Shown here one piece after another: positions 63,092 through 64,000 of a stretch of 64,000 nucleotides of DNA (position 1 is the first letter of the stretch; each line of letters begins with the position of its first letter). The notes under the pieces are model-generated. The model made no database searches. It saw only the letters and a program-made list of their open reading frames with translations, and was not told where the DNA came from. The translations under genes were made by a program, and so were the position numbers. The DNA comes from Podarcis vaucheri (lineage: Eukaryota), in NCBI GenBank assembly GCA_965113315.1, contig OZ220363.1; one strand, given 5' to 3'.

Positions 63092-63222
63092 CAAGGCTTT
63101 TTTTCAGCCTCAGCAGAATTCAGTTCCGGCACCCCTCAGGTGGGCGCCATTGCCATTATGGGAGAACAAGGGAGGTGTTCGTGGTGAGTTCCAACACCTC
63201 TTTTTATAGAAAAATAGCACTG
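63092..63222. mobile_element. hAT MITE in a VIL1 intron
   Basis: Perfect 8-bp TSD AGTTGAGG; GAAAAATAGCACTG end. Confidence 0.85.
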
Positions 63223-63849
63223 AGTTGAGGGAAGGTAAATTGGCATTGTAAACTGAACTGTTTTAGATCAATAAATGCATTTATTGATCTAAAATGCAGT
63301 ATTGTGTGTTCTGGTACACTTTGTAAGAAAGGAGTTTAAAAATTCTAGCGCCATCCAGAGGAATAATGGTAGAGTTGGAAGGGACATGTTGGTCTGTTGC
63401 AGCAGAAATAGTCTAGTACACAATCACTTGTGCCATAATGCTCTTGTCTTTAAGGTGCCGCAAGAAGGTCAGTCACTACAACATCAGAGGAACAGTGAGG
63501 GAGGTGGAGAGGGCAATGTTCTTTACAAGCAGTTAACCTCATCCTTAAAGAGGAATGCAACTCCGTTGCTCCTCAGCTGTTACCATACTTACTATCCCTC
63601 TAAAGGGAAGTTTTTCTGGAGTAAGTATTGCAGCCTTTTATACTGAAATAACTTTAAAAGAAGGCCTTACATCCCCCAATCAGATAGTACAGGCATGAAA
63701 AGCTACACAGCAGTTACTGCTATAAAATGAACTTGAGTCCTATTGTTCCTGGTTTCCTATGAATTAAATGGCAACTGTGCCACCTGCACTTGTATATGAT
63801 CAAACACGTGTTCTCCCTGCTTTCTATCCCACTCTTCAGTAATACTTAC

Positions 63850-63918
63850 AGAAGTGATCTGGCCAAGGTTGTCCTCATCTACAAGTTCAGCTTTTAACTC
63901 TTCATAGGATTTCTTCTC
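63850..63918 (-). CDS. VIL1: Villin-1 third-last exon (EKKSYEELKAELVDEDNLGQITS)
   Basis: 69 nt AG/GTAAGT; villin linker motif SYEELKAEL. Confidence 0.9.
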
Positions 63919-64000
63919 CTGCATGAAGATAGACCACAAAAACCCTGGGAGTTACCAGACTACCCACACACATGAACATTTTGATTTGACTGAAGGCTAG

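Overview
Vertebrate genomic DNA with GT-AG introns and a CpG island. The repeat content (Sauria SINE, Squam3-like SINE, hAT and Tc1/mariner MITEs, L1/L2/CR1 fragments) indicates a squamate, probably a lacertid lizard. By hand-splicing I recover three genes: (1) a complete CNOT9/RQCD1 on the minus strand (8 coding exons, 900 nt, 299 aa, ATG at 26796, stop at 17787); (2) a complete USP37 on the plus strand (23 coding exons, 2955 nt, 984 aa, 30842..56549), head-to-head with CNOT9 across a CpG-island bidirectional promoter; (3) the last three exons of VIL1 (villin headpiece) on the minus strand, convergent with USP37. In 1-16 kb I recognise no coding exon; by recalled amniote synteny it should be the PLCD4 5' region. 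Most ORFs in the supplied track are spurious. I see no new multi-gene system. The best leads are regulatory: a CAGCAG tandem acceptor in the USP37 UIM2-UIM3 linker, an in-frame uORF separated from the CNOT9 ATG by a single UGA, an L1-derived read-through terminal exon in USP37, inverted MITEs flanking the USP37 catalytic-Cys exons, apparent loss of the USP37 CDK S-P site, and a natural His41Tyr villin headpiece. Comparisons with human and chicken proteins are from memory and need an alignment to confirm.
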